A stretch of DNA of 63,998 nucleotides, counting the filler, from Candidatus Babelota bacterium (GTDB lineage: Bacteria > JAGOBX01), in assembly GCA_017999075.1 (NCBI GenBank). It is 9 parts of 9 records of this genome, joined end to end, with 100 filler letters (N's around TTAATTAATTAA, not from the genome) between each part and the next. Parts side by side here need not be neighbours in the genome. Positions count along the whole stretch, not along the records: positions 29,925 to 34,954 come from JAGOBX010000304.1; positions 35,055 to 40,041 come from JAGOBX010000305.1; positions 40,142 to 45,073 come from JAGOBX010000306.1; 6 more parts are not named here. The stretch is one strand, 5' to 3'. This document shows, in pieces, positions 30,521-40,328 of the stretch. The notes below the pieces were generated by a model. The model worked only from the letters and a program-made list of their open reading frames with translations, ran no database searches and was not told where the DNA came from. The first letter of the stretch is position 1; each line of letters starts with the position of its first letter. The translations under genes were made by a program, and so were the position numbers.

Positions 30521-32086
30521 ATGACCAATTTATACAATTTTCCTTCTCATTCATATAACTTAATAAAATTCTATTTAGCTATAGAATCATCAAGAACTCT
30601 GGATGAATTACTTAATACCATAGGAAAAGAAATTTCTAAATTTCTTGATTCTGACAGAACATCATTATTTTTATATGATAAGGAAGATAACATTTTATAC
30701 TCAAAAGTGGCTCAGGGGCTTGACAATGAAATTCTAAAAATTCAAATTGGCCAAGGAATTGCCGGATATGTTGCTCAAACAAGAAAATTTTTAATTTCAA
30801 ATAACGTGTATGAATGCGAATATTTCGACAAAAATTTTGACAAATTCACTAATTATAAAACAGAAAAAATTTTATGTATGCCATTAATAAACATGCAGCA
30901 GGAACTGGTTGGAGTAATACAGGTTTTAAACAAAACTGACGGTAATTTCGATGAGTTTGATATTGAAAAACTCAATAGTTTAACCACCATAGTCGCTGTT
31001 GCTCTCGACAATTCTAAATTATTTGATGAATTATCTGATTTAAAATCGTATAATGAAAACATAGTAAATTCCGTGAATTTATCTATTATAGTTATTGACA
31101 AGCATAACAAAATCAAATCATATAATCAGCATTTTATAAAAAATTTCGGGACATTAACAGAAGTAAAAATTAATTCTGACATATTAACTACTTTAAATTT
31201 TATTGATAATATTTTCGAATTAATTCTTGACGCAAGAGAAAACGGTTTTGTCAAAAAAAACGAAATTGATTCAATTATAAATGAAAAACAATATTACTTT
31301 AACATTCAATTAAGAAAACTTACTAACGACGAAGACAATATCCTTATATTACTTGATGATTCAACAGAACTCGTTTCATTAAAAAAATCTGAACATCTCG
31401 CTCTAATCGGCAAATTTTCATCATCAATAATTCATGATATAAAATCTCCGATGTCCATTATAAGCGGATACGCTCAACTGATAAATTCGATAGAATCATC
31501 CAATGATGCAAAAAAATATTCCAGTATTATTATTGATGAAATAAACCGGCTTGTAAATATGTCAAGAGAAATACTTGATTTTTCAAAAGGAGAAATCAAG
31601 TTAAACCTTTCTTTAATTAAAATAGGCGATTTATTTCTGATGACTGAAAGCAATATAAAATATCAGTTTGAAAGCGAACAAATGTTTTTCGAATATATCC
31701 AAAAAGATAATCCTATTGTCAACATAGATGTTGACCGTTTTAAACGTGTAATTTATAATATCACTTCAAACGCCAAAGCAGCTATGACTGCAGGCGGAAA
31801 ATTTTCAATTAAAATTTTGTTTCATGACAAAAATAAAAATTTTATCGATATAATTTTTTCTGATACCGGAGCTGGAATACCTGAAAAATTCAGGTCAAGA
31901 ATTTTTGAACCATTCGTTTCATACAATAAATTAACCGGTACAGGTTTAGGAATGGCAATAGTGAAAAAAGTCGTGGAAGAACATAACGGAACAATAATTT
32001 TAGAAAGTGAAATTAACAAAGGAACAAATTTTATAATAACTCTTCCTGTATACAAACACATCAGTTCAAAAAAGGAAGAAAAATAA
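30521..32086 (+). CDS. Cytoplasmic GAF(-PAS) sensor histidine kinase
   Basis: GIAGYVA GAF; IIHDIKSP H-box; DTGAGI, FEPF and GTGLG boxes. Confidence 0.9.
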   Translation: MTNLYNFPSHSYNLIKFYLAIESSRTLDELLNTIGKEISKFLDSDRTSLFLYDKEDNILYSKVAQGLDNEILKIQIGQGIAGYVAQTRKFLISNNVYECEYFDKNFDKFTNYKTEKILCMPLINMQQELVGVIQVLNKTDGNFDEFDIEKLNSLTTIVAVALDNSKLFDELSDLKSYNENIVNSVNLSIIVIDKHNKIKSYNQHFIKNFGTLTEVKINSDILTTLNFIDNIFELILDARENGFVKKNEIDSIINEKQYYFNIQLRKLTNDEDNILILLDDSTELVSLKKSEHLALIGKFSSSIIHDIKSPMSIISGYAQLINSIESSNDAKKYSSIIIDEINRLVNMSREILDFSKGEIKLNLSLIKIGDLFLMTESNIKYQFESEQMFFEYIQKDNPIVNIDVDRFKRVIYNITSNAKAAMTAGGKFSIKILFHDKNKNFIDIIFSDTGAGIPEKFRSRIFEPFVSYNKLTGTGLGMAIVKKVVEEHNGTIILESEINKGTNFIITLPVYKHISSKKEEK

Positions 32087-32087
32087 A

Positions 32088-32927
32088 ATGAGCAGAATTA
32101 CAATCGAATCAATCAAACATAAAAAGGCTGAAAATCAAAAAATAACAGTTTTAACTGCATATGATTATTCTACAGCAAAATTATTGGATGACTGCGGTAT
32201 TGATATTATTCTCATAGGCGATTCATTAGGTATGACTATGCTCGGATATGATTCAACCATACCAGTTACTATGAAAGAAATTTTATACCATTCAAAAGCA
32301 GTTTCTAAAGCAGTTTCTAAAGCATTAGTTTTATCTGATATGCCTTTTATGTCTTATCAAACATCTATTAAAAATGCAATTATAAATGCAGGAAAACTAA
32401 TAAAAAAAAGCGGTGTAAACGCTGTAAAACTTGAAGGAGGCAAAGAGCTTGCGCCTTTGGTAAGCAGGCTTTCTGAAATTGGAATACCTGTTGCCGGACA
32501 CATAGGATTAACTCCGCAATACATAAATAATTTAAGCGGATACAAAGTTCAAGGAAAAACTAAAGATAAAATAAAATCGTTAATCGAAGACGCTTTAGTT
32601 TTAGAGGAATCCGGAGTTTTTGCAATCATCTGTGAATGCATTCCTGAAGAAGTTGCAAAAATTATCACTGAAAAACTCAATATTCCTACAATCGGCATAG
32701 GCGCAGGAAAATATTGTGATGGTCAAGTTTTAGTTATTAATGATATTTTAGGACTATCCGGAGAGTTTCGTCCCAAATTTGTTAAGCAATACATTGATTT
32801 AAGCGTGAAAATCAAAGATGCAGTACATAGTTTTAAAAAAGAAGTTGACGGTCTAACATTTCCTGATGAGCAACATTCTTTTCATATACCAAACCAAATT
32901 TTATTAGATGCAGGATTAGTAAAATGA
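32088..32927 (+). CDS. panB: 3-methyl-2-oxobutanoate hydroxymethyltransferase
   Basis: LTAYD, IGDSLG, DMPFMSY, VKLEGG, GHIGLTPQ, GIGAG..CDGQVLV. Confidence 0.97.
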   Translation: MSRITIESIKHKKAENQKITVLTAYDYSTAKLLDDCGIDIILIGDSLGMTMLGYDSTIPVTMKEILYHSKAVSKAVSKALVLSDMPFMSYQTSIKNAIINAGKLIKKSGVNAVKLEGGKELAPLVSRLSEIGIPVAGHIGLTPQYINNLSGYKVQGKTKDKIKSLIEDALVLEESGVFAIICECIPEEVAKIITEKLNIPTIGIGAGKYCDGQVLVINDILGLSGEFRPKFVKQYIDLSVKIKDAVHSFKKEVDGLTFPDEQHSFHIPNQILLDAGLVK

Positions 32928-34003
32928 AATTTTTAAAAATATTATTCATAATTATATTTGCAGGCTGTATTTTTGTTATAGGAAACTATGCAGGTTCAAA
33001 ATTTGTAAATATTCAGTTAGAAAATGTTGAACTCGGAGCGGAAAAAAACGATGAGAATGATGATGAAAGCGATGTAACAAAGGGGTTGGATCCTTCTAAC
33101 GATCACATTAAAGACAATAATATAATACTTATGGTTATAGCCAAATCCGCTGATATCAGAGAATACCACAGCGGAAGGTCAAAAACTATAGTTACCATGT
33201 ATAACGGAGAATTATTAAAAAAAATAGATTATTTTGCAGGATGGTTCAGAGTTATCACTACTACTGGAGAAGTCGGATGGTGCTATGAACAAAGCGTTAA
33301 ACAAATAAAAAAAGATATTCCTGACGGAGTATTTCCACAGGATATTTTTTCAATACCTGTTGATTCAACTGAATTAAAAGAAAAAATTATTTTAAAACGA
33401 AGGGTATTACTGCCTCTTATTCTGACTAAGACTAAAGTTTCTCAGGTTCGTCAGGGGCCTTCTTCATTTTATAAAGTAATAGACAAAACTTACCGCGGAG
33501 AATTGCATTATGTTTATGCTTATTCCGAAGGGTGGTTTGAAATACTAATGCCGTCCGGAGATTTCGGGTGGGTAAACAAAGACCATTTTGACACAATAAA
33601 AAATTATGATCCTGATAATGACGAATTAACTTTCGGGATAACCGATACTTTTGAAAATATGTTTGTACCAATGCATTCAGTTAAAGGAATTGCTTCTTCA
33701 TTAAAATTACATATAGGTCCGGAACCGGAATTCAGCATTTTAAAAGAAGTAACCTCAAATCAGAATCTGCTTAGTTACGGAAGATCAGGAAAATGGTATC
33801 TTATTTATGACAGCTTCAATAAAATCGCAGGATGGTCTCACAAAAAAAACCTTGAAATATCAAAATATATTAAATCTGTCCAGGATGATTTTTCAGAAGA
33901 AGATTCTGAGGAAACTCAAAGTTTAGAAACTCCTGTTTCAGAAACAGAAGAACAAAACAATCCTGAACAAATTAAACCTGAAAATGCCGAGGTAACTCAA
34001 TAA
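32924..34003 (+). CDS. Exported protein with three SH3b-like repeats
   Basis: N-terminal TM or signal; VRQGPS...GWFEI...GWV-type repeats; acidic tail. Confidence 0.7.
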   Translation: MKFLKILFIIIFAGCIFVIGNYAGSKFVNIQLENVELGAEKNDENDDESDVTKGLDPSNDHIKDNNIILMVIAKSADIREYHSGRSKTIVTMYNGELLKKIDYFAGWFRVITTTGEVGWCYEQSVKQIKKDIPDGVFPQDIFSIPVDSTELKEKIILKRRVLLPLILTKTKVSQVRQGPSSFYKVIDKTYRGELHYVYAYSEGWFEILMPSGDFGWVNKDHFDTIKNYDPDNDELTFGITDTFENMFVPMHSVKGIASSLKLHIGPEPEFSILKEVTSNQNLLSYGRSGKWYLIYDSFNKIAGWSHKKNLEISKYIKSVQDDFSEEDSEETQSLETPVSETEEQNNPEQIKPENAEVTQ

Positions 34004-34064
34004 AATATTTAATTTTATCACTTTAACAATTTAATTTTTAAAAAGTGATAAAATTAAATATTTT
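34002..34064. repeat. Perfect 23-bp inverted repeat (possible terminator or operator)
   Basis: AAAATATTTAATTTTATCACTTT-N17-AAAGTGATAAAATTAAATATTTT. Confidence 0.8.
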
Positions 34065-34073
34065 TTTAAAAAC

Positions 34074-34904
34074 ATGAGTTTTCTTAAACAGATCAAATCA
34101 ATCATTGAATCTCAAAAAAACATTTTTCGTTATTCAATGTTTAATTATAAAAAAACACATTGTGAAAAAGAATTATTTCATTATATAGAATCTTATAATT
34201 CAAATTTATCAAATCTGTTTACAAAATTCAAAACAAAAGAAATTGATTTAAAAAAATATAATTTTTTAGCCGAATCACTAAATGAAATCTACATTTTTTA
34301 CACTGAAAAAAAATATTACGAACTTGCTGTTCTATCAAACAGTTTATATCATAAACTTTCAGAAACAATAGGTAATCCTATAAATGAAATTGATTATATT
34401 GTTTTTGAAAAAGACGGAACTTCAATACATAAGCAAACCATTTCAAATCCGAAATCAGTTAATATTGTATTAGATAATATCCGTTCTCCATTCAATATAG
34501 GTTCAATTTTCAGAACTGCGGAATCTTGCGGAAAAGTTGATGAGATTTATTTATGCGGTATCACTCCTACCCCAGATCATAACAGAGTTAAACGTTCCGC
34601 TATGAATACTGAAAATTCAATAAAATGGTCGCATATTGTTTATACTGAAGAAATTATAAAAAAATTAAAATCCGACAATAAATCTATTTTCTCAGTTGAA
34701 ACCACTTCAAAAAGCATAAATTATAAATCAATCAATTACTCAGATTTTAGCAATATCGTTCTCGTTTTCGGAAACGAAGAATTCGGAATAAATCATTCTG
34801 TTCTTAACGAAAGCGATTATATTATCAACATTCAAATGTTAGGGAAAAAAAATTCTTTAAACGTAGCTGTGGCAGCAGGAATAATTTTATATAACCTTAT
34901 TTAA
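34074..34904 (+). CDS. TrmH/SpoU RNA methyltransferase with an N-terminal extension
   Basis: LDNIRSPFNIGSIFRTA, FGNEEFG, SLNVAVA. Confidence 0.9.
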   Translation: MSFLKQIKSIIESQKNIFRYSMFNYKKTHCEKELFHYIESYNSNLSNLFTKFKTKEIDLKKYNFLAESLNEIYIFYTEKKYYELAVLSNSLYHKLSETIGNPINEIDYIVFEKDGTSIHKQTISNPKSVNIVLDNIRSPFNIGSIFRTAESCGKVDEIYLCGITPTPDHNRVKRSAMNTENSIKWSHIVYTEEIIKKLKSDNKSIFSVETTSKSINYKSINYSDFSNIVLVFGNEEFGINHSVLNESDYIINIQMLGKKNSLNVAVAAGIILYNLI

Positions 34905-35239
34905 TTTTTTTTTCAAATAAATAGGGTATAAAGATTCATAAAAAAATATTATAANNNNNNNNNNNNNNNNNNNNNNNNNNNNNNNNNNNNNNNNNNNNTT
35001 AATTAATTAANNNNNNNNNNNNNNNNNNNNNNNNNNNNNNNNNNNNNNNNNNNNTATTTGCAAAAAATTAGTTTTTATTATATAATATTATTCAATATAT
35101 GTCAAATTACTTTATTTACAAATTATTGATTATCAATTAAAAGGTTTATATTATAAACTAATTATTTCAAAGCAGAGTAGTAATGTAATACACTAATCTT
35201 TTAATTTAATTTTATGAATTATTCATAAAGGAGCCTGAT

Positions 35240-35635
35240 ATGGAACAGGATAATGATAATAGGCCTATTGGCGATGTTAATATTTCAAATGATGTTGTTT
35301 CAAATATAGCAGGAATGGCTACAATAGAAATTGACGGAGTAATTTCTTTAAGCGGCAGCGTAAAGGACGGGCTTGTAGAATTTCTTGGAAATAAAAAAGA
35401 AATGAACAAAGGAATTGAGGTAGATATAAACGAAGGAAAAGTAAAAATCGACGTATCCGTAATTATAGAATTTGGAATGAAAATACCCGATATTTCATGG
35501 CGTATTCAACAGAATGTAAAACGGAGAGTTGAAGAAATGACCGGATTATCTGTTACTGCAGTAAATGTCTTGGTAAGAGGTGTGGAAGTTCGCAAAGAAA
35601 ATTTAGAGAACTCGGCCAATGAAACTATTCAATAA
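35240..35635 (+). CDS. Asp23/Gls24 family protein
   Basis: GDVNISNDVVSNIAG...VEEMTGL.V..VNV.V.GV; AAGGAG RBS. Confidence 0.92.
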   Translation: MEQDNDNRPIGDVNISNDVVSNIAGMATIEIDGVISLSGSVKDGLVEFLGNKKEMNKGIEVDINEGKVKIDVSVIIEFGMKIPDISWRIQQNVKRRVEEMTGLSVTAVNVLVRGVEVRKENLENSANETIQ

Positions 35636-36113
35636 ACTTTTAACTTATATCAAATTCATTTTATTTTTATTATTAATCATTTATTGTTTTTCTACAGCTT
35701 CAGAAGCTGATAACCCTGTATTCGCATTCATATCCTTAATATCAATTGTTTTATTAACAATAGATTTTTTAATAAATTCTGTTAAAACAAAAGAAAAACG
35801 TAAATTCATAATTAATACGGAATTCGGAGCAATAACAATATCTGAAAATGTAATTGAAAATATAATATCTGTTATTCTAAGAAAATATAAAATCATCAAA
35901 CACTATATATGCACCGTATATAATAAAAATGATTTGCTGGTGATAAATTTAAATGTGGAAATCACAATGAATAAAAACGATATGCTGCCGATCATTCTTG
36001 AAACTCTTAAAAATAATATTAAAGAAAGCATTGATGAAACAATCGGCGTGGTAAAAACTGAAGACGTTGAAATTAACGTTGAGAAAATCAAAAGACTCAG
36101 AGATATCAGATAA
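35619..36113 (+). CDS. AmaP-like membrane anchor
   Basis: Two TM segments, TEFGAITIS, overlaps the Asp23 gene. Confidence 0.65.
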   Translation: MKLFNKLLTYIKFILFLLLIIYCFSTASEADNPVFAFISLISIVLLTIDFLINSVKTKEKRKFIINTEFGAITISENVIENIISVILRKYKIIKHYICTVYNKNDLLVINLNVEITMNKNDMLPIILETLKNNIKESIDETIGVVKTEDVEINVEKIKRLRDIR

Positions 36114-36126
36114 CAAAAAATTTATT

Positions 36127-37455
36127 TTAAGACTTAGCTCTTACAACAAGTTTTATTCCGTCAATCCTGATTATTTCAACTTCAGAACCAGTATTAATAA
36201 TGACTTCAGAATCTGAAGCAGCAGACCAAAGTTCCCCGTCATAAAATACAATTCCAAGTTTGTCTTTAGTTATGGATTGACGTACAACAGCTGTTTTTCC
36301 TTGCATTTCTTCTCTGCTGCCAACAGGTTTTTTATTTTTAATTTTAATGGCCGAACCTATTATAAATGTTAAAAACAAAAATGAAAACATGCTCATTCCA
36401 ATCATTAATGAATAAGATATCTTTAAAAATTCATCACTGAACAGCATTATTGAGCCAAGTATAAAACTTATTACACCTAATATCCCGACAATTCCGTATG
36501 TTGGTAAAAAAAGTTCAAAAACAATAAATCCGATTCCAAGAATAATAAGAATTATTCCTGAAACTGAAACAGGTAATGTTTGAAATCCAAAAAAAGCAAG
36601 TACAAGACATAATATTCCGGCAGCCCCTGAAATTCCTATTCCAGGCGAAGACAATTCATATATTAATGCCCATATACCGATAGTCATTAAAATATAAAGG
36701 ATATTCGGATTAGAAATATAAAATAAAATTTTTTTCAAAGAAGAAATATTATATTCAATCACTTTATATTTTTGAGTATTCAATTTAAATCTCAGCTTAT
36801 TTTTTACAATTATTTTCCCATCAATTTTATTCAATAAATCCGATATGTCATCTGAAATATAATCTATTATTCTCAACGATTGCGCTGTTTTTGCGTCAAA
36901 ACTTACAGCTTTATCGATAAAATCCCTGACCACAGAATCATTTCTGTTTTTTTCTTTAGCCACACTTTCAAGAAATGCTATTAAATCATTAGAAACTTTT
37001 GATTTCATAGAATCTCCTATGTCTTTGCCGTTCATTTCAACAGGAGATGCAGAACCTATATTGGTAGCAGATGACATAACTGCTATATCTGAAGCGTATA
37101 CTATAAACACTCCGGCTGATGCAGCATGCGCCCCATTAGGATAAATATAAGTTATTATCGGAATATTTGAATTTAAAAATAACTGAACTATATCTCTCAT
37201 TGTTTCAAGCAATCCGCCAGGAGTGTCAATTCTAATTATTACACATTGTGCATTATCTTTTAAAGCTGCCGAAATACCTTCTTTCAAATAATCTGTTAAA
37301 ATCGGAACTATTGGAGTTTTTACAGTTAAAACAAATATATTTTCAGATGTTTCGACAAATGACTTTATTTCAGAAGTATCAGTTCCGGCATTTAATTTAA
37401 AAGGAATTATTAAAAAACAAAATACAATTAAATTTATATATAAACTATTTTTCAT
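36127..37455 (-). CDS. nfeD: NfeD-family membrane-bound serine protease
   Basis: IDTPGGL, AASAG, TNIGSASPV, TM region, GELWSA OB fold. Confidence 0.9.
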   Translation of the reverse strand: MKNSLYINLIVFCFLIIPFKLNAGTDTSEIKSFVETSENIFVLTVKTPIVPILTDYLKEGISAALKDNAQCVIIRIDTPGGLLETMRDIVQLFLNSNIPIITYIYPNGAHAASAGVFIVYASDIAVMSSATNIGSASPVEMNGKDIGDSMKSKVSNDLIAFLESVAKEKNRNDSVVRDFIDKAVSFDAKTAQSLRIIDYISDDISDLLNKIDGKIIVKNKLRFKLNTQKYKVIEYNISSLKKILFYISNPNILYILMTIGIWALIYELSSPGIGISGAAGILCLVLAFFGFQTLPVSVSGIILIILGIGFIVFELFLPTYGIVGILGVISFILGSIMLFSDEFLKISYSLMIGMSMFSFLFLTFIIGSAIKIKNKKPVGSREEMQGKTAVVRQSITKDKLGIVFYDGELWSAASDSEVIINTGSEVEIIRIDGIKLVVRAKS

Positions 37456-37459
37456 AAAC

Positions 37460-38446
37460 TCATCTTGGTTTGATAAATTTCAAATTGTCATAAAATATTT
37501 TATATTCAGAATTTTTCTTAAATTCGGTTATTATATCATTAATCTTTTTTTTGTATCTATCCTGAAGAATCTTGTGATAAATATCGTTTTTCATATCATT
37601 ATTCAGCGGTTTTTCAGATGCTTTCACTATTTGATAGCAATACAAAATATGATATCCCAATCTTGTATTTATAGGAGGGCTGAATTCGTTAAGGTCAAGT
37701 TTAAACGCTTCTTCTTCAAGTTCAAAATCAAGAAGCCCATTTTCAATAAGTCCGAGATCGCTGACTTTTATATTTAATAAAGTATCTGTTATCACAGAAT
37801 CAAACGGTTCTCCGTTTCTGAGCCTTGCTTCAAGTTTTTTTATAACAGCCTCAGAATCAGTTAAAATATTTTTCAATCCGAGTTTTACAGGCTCTGCAAA
37901 ATACTCCTTGTTTTTCAGATAAAACTCATTTATTTCCATTTCAGTCGGCAAATCTATTGAATTAAAAATATTCTGATCAAACATTTCAAGAAGCAACTGC
38001 TGTTTAAAATCATTCACAGAATTAACAAAAGTATCTGATTTATCTATCCCCTGTTTTTTTGCAAGCAATAAAACTGTTCTAAAAAACACAAGTTCATCAA
38101 GGATTTTTTTATAATATAGAGTATCATTTTCAGGATCATAATATATTTCTCCTGCATCTTTAGAATCTTTAATATGTTCTTTATAATCCAATAATCTTTT
38201 TTCCAAATCATTAATATAAATTGTTTCATTGTCTATTAAAGCAAGAGCCTCATTATTTCCCCCCGCCTGAATTTCATTCACTGAACCTGAACCATCAGTA
38301 TAAACGTTTGAATCCGTATTTAAAACATTTTGTCTTAAAGAACAAGAAATAAAACCCGCACAAAAAAAGAATATCGCACATAATTTACATATAATACTTA
38401 AAAAAATCTTTTTCTGAAAAAACATAACATTTAATTTATATTTCAT
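37460..38446 (-). CDS. PpiC-type peptidyl-prolyl isomerase (probable lipoprotein)
   Basis: FISC lipobox-like; DLG...EEEAFKL...SPPINTRLGYHI. Confidence 0.8.
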   Translation of the reverse strand: MKYKLNVMFFQKKIFLSIICKLCAIFFFCAGFISCSLRQNVLNTDSNVYTDGSGSVNEIQAGGNNEALALIDNETIYINDLEKRLLDYKEHIKDSKDAGEIYYDPENDTLYYKKILDELVFFRTVLLLAKKQGIDKSDTFVNSVNDFKQQLLLEMFDQNIFNSIDLPTEMEINEFYLKNKEYFAEPVKLGLKNILTDSEAVIKKLEARLRNGEPFDSVITDTLLNIKVSDLGLIENGLLDFELEEEAFKLDLNEFSPPINTRLGYHILYCYQIVKASEKPLNNDMKNDIYHKILQDRYKKKINDIITEFKKNSEYKIFYDNLKFIKPR

Positions 38447-38457
38447 AAAATTTTATA

Positions 38458-38940
38458 TCATAAATATCCGATTTTATAACTAACGAATTTATCTTTATCA
38501 TAAGTCATGACTGCATTAAAAATTCTATCTCCATAAATCAAAGGCGTAAAGATTTTATCTCCTTCCCACATATCAAGTTCCAGCAATTTGCCATCATCTA
38601 TCCATTCAAGTCTGCCTTCAGGAGAATCAACTATATTCCCTGAAAAATCTGAAGTTTTAAAAATCCATACATACCACAGCGCTCCAAACGGAGAATTTCC
38701 AACATCAGGAAAAGTAATGTATCCGGCAAGTTTCAATGAATTAATTTTCAATCCTGTTTCCTCAAAAGTTTCACGAACAGCGCAGTCTTCAGGAGATTCA
38801 TTATCATTCATTTCAACTTTACCGCCAGGGGCAACCCACAATCCATTATGGCAATCATTAGCTTTCTTTATTCTATGGAGCATCAGCGTTTTACCATCAC
38901 GCATTATATATACAAGCACGCCTAATTTTATTTTTTTCAT
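38458..38940 (-). CDS. NUDIX hydrolase (8-oxo-dGTPase, MutT/MutX-like)
   Basis: GGKVE...ESPEDCAVRETFEETG; MWEGD. Confidence 0.9.
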   Translation of the reverse strand: MKKIKLGVLVYIMRDGKTLMLHRIKKANDCHNGLWVAPGGKVEMNDNESPEDCAVRETFEETGLKINSLKLAGYITFPDVGNSPFGALWYVWIFKTSDFSGNIVDSPEGRLEWIDDGKLLELDMWEGDKIFTPLIYGDRIFNAVMTYDKDKFVSYKIGYL

Positions 38941-39066
38941 TAGAAATAATTTTAACTGATAATATAAAAAAAAACAATATTAACCGATGCTAAATAACAA
39001 ATTTCTTGTTTTTTTAAAATTAAAAATATATAATAATACAAAAAAATTTAAAAGGAGTATCTTATA

Positions 39067-40041
39067 GTGAAAAAAAATATAATTGCAATTTCAGCAGCAG
39101 TTTTAATACTTTGCTGGATTCCAATTTCTGCTCAGTGTAAAGTTTTAAAAATAGGTACAGTGATGATTGTTAAACATCCTGATCTTGAAAATATTTTAAA
39201 AGGTTTTACAAAAATCCTTGCAGAAAACGGATATAAAGAAAATGAAAATATAAAATTCGATAACAATGAAGCGTCCGGAGATAAAGAAAAACTTTCTGCA
39301 ATAATAAAAAAATTTTCAACTCCAGCCAATGGTTATGATTTAATTTTTGCAATTACAGCTCCATGTGCAATAGGATGCTTGAAATCAATAAAAGAAATTC
39401 CAATTGTTTATGCTGCAGTAAAACCTTCGCCAGTAGAACTCGGAATAGCTGAAACTTTATCGAGTTCAGGAAACAACGGTACAGGTCAATATATGTTATT
39501 ACCTATTATGCAAATAATCTCTCTTGTAAATCAGTCGCTGACTGATGTGAAAAAAGTGGCATATTTATATGATAAAAAAATAGGTTTAAGCACAACTAAT
39601 ATAGATGAGATTAAAAAAAATTCAAAAAAATTCAACATTGAAATCGAATCAGTTCCGGTCGAAGATAAAAACGATGCGCTAAAAGCGCTTAAATCTTTAT
39701 CAAAAGAAATAGGAGCTATTGTTATTGATAATGACATGGAAGTATTAAAAGCTCGGGCTGCAGTAGTTGAAGAAGCAAAAAAAATGGGGATTCCGGTTTT
39801 TTCAACAAATGAAAAAGCTGTGGAAGAAGGCGCTGTAGCAACAATGACCCCGGACTATTATGATGATGGTATGACAGCAGGAAAAGCAGCTATAAGAATT
39901 TTAAAAAATGAAAAACCTTCTGCTATACCGATAGAAAAAAGTAAAAAAACAAGATTGATTATTAATTTTATTTCAGTTAAAGAATTAAATCTAAAATTTT
40001 CTCCATCTTTACTAAAAATGGCAGATAAACTCATTAAATAA
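39067..40041 (+). CDS. ABC transporter substrate-binding protein (ABC_sub_bind family)
   Basis: Signal peptide; HPDL, IPIVYAAV, GNNGTG, KPSAIPI. Confidence 0.85.
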   Translation: MKKNIIAISAAVLILCWIPISAQCKVLKIGTVMIVKHPDLENILKGFTKILAENGYKENENIKFDNNEASGDKEKLSAIIKKFSTPANGYDLIFAITAPCAIGCLKSIKEIPIVYAAVKPSPVELGIAETLSSSGNNGTGQYMLLPIMQIISLVNQSLTDVKKVAYLYDKKIGLSTTNIDEIKKNSKKFNIEIESVPVEDKNDALKALKSLSKEIGAIVIDNDMEVLKARAAVVEEAKKMGIPVFSTNEKAVEEGAVATMTPDYYDDGMTAGKAAIRILKNEKPSAIPIEKSKKTRLIINFISVKELNLKFSPSLLKMADKLIK

Positions 40042-40328
40042 NNNNNNNNNNNNNNNNNNNNNNNNNNNNNNNNNNNNNNNNNNNNTTAATTAATTAANNN
40101 NNNNNNNNNNNNNNNNNNNNNNNNNNNNNNNNNNNNNNNNNGTCAATTACTTATTGATGAACAAAATATGAAGCTTGCGCTTAATTATAAATAAATGCTT
40201 AAAATTCGGCACAAGTTAAATATTTGGCATTTGAAAATGTTTTTTTATTTTGTTAGTTGAGATAAAAGAGTTAAATTTGATTTTTGGTTAGTTTTTGTTT
40301 TATAAAAAAATAATTTAATATTAAAAAT

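Noticed and set aside
32295-32323. Tandem AAAGCAGTTTCT repeat in panB
   Set aside because: Encodes SKAVSKAVSKA in frame at the normal PanB length; ordinary coding repeat
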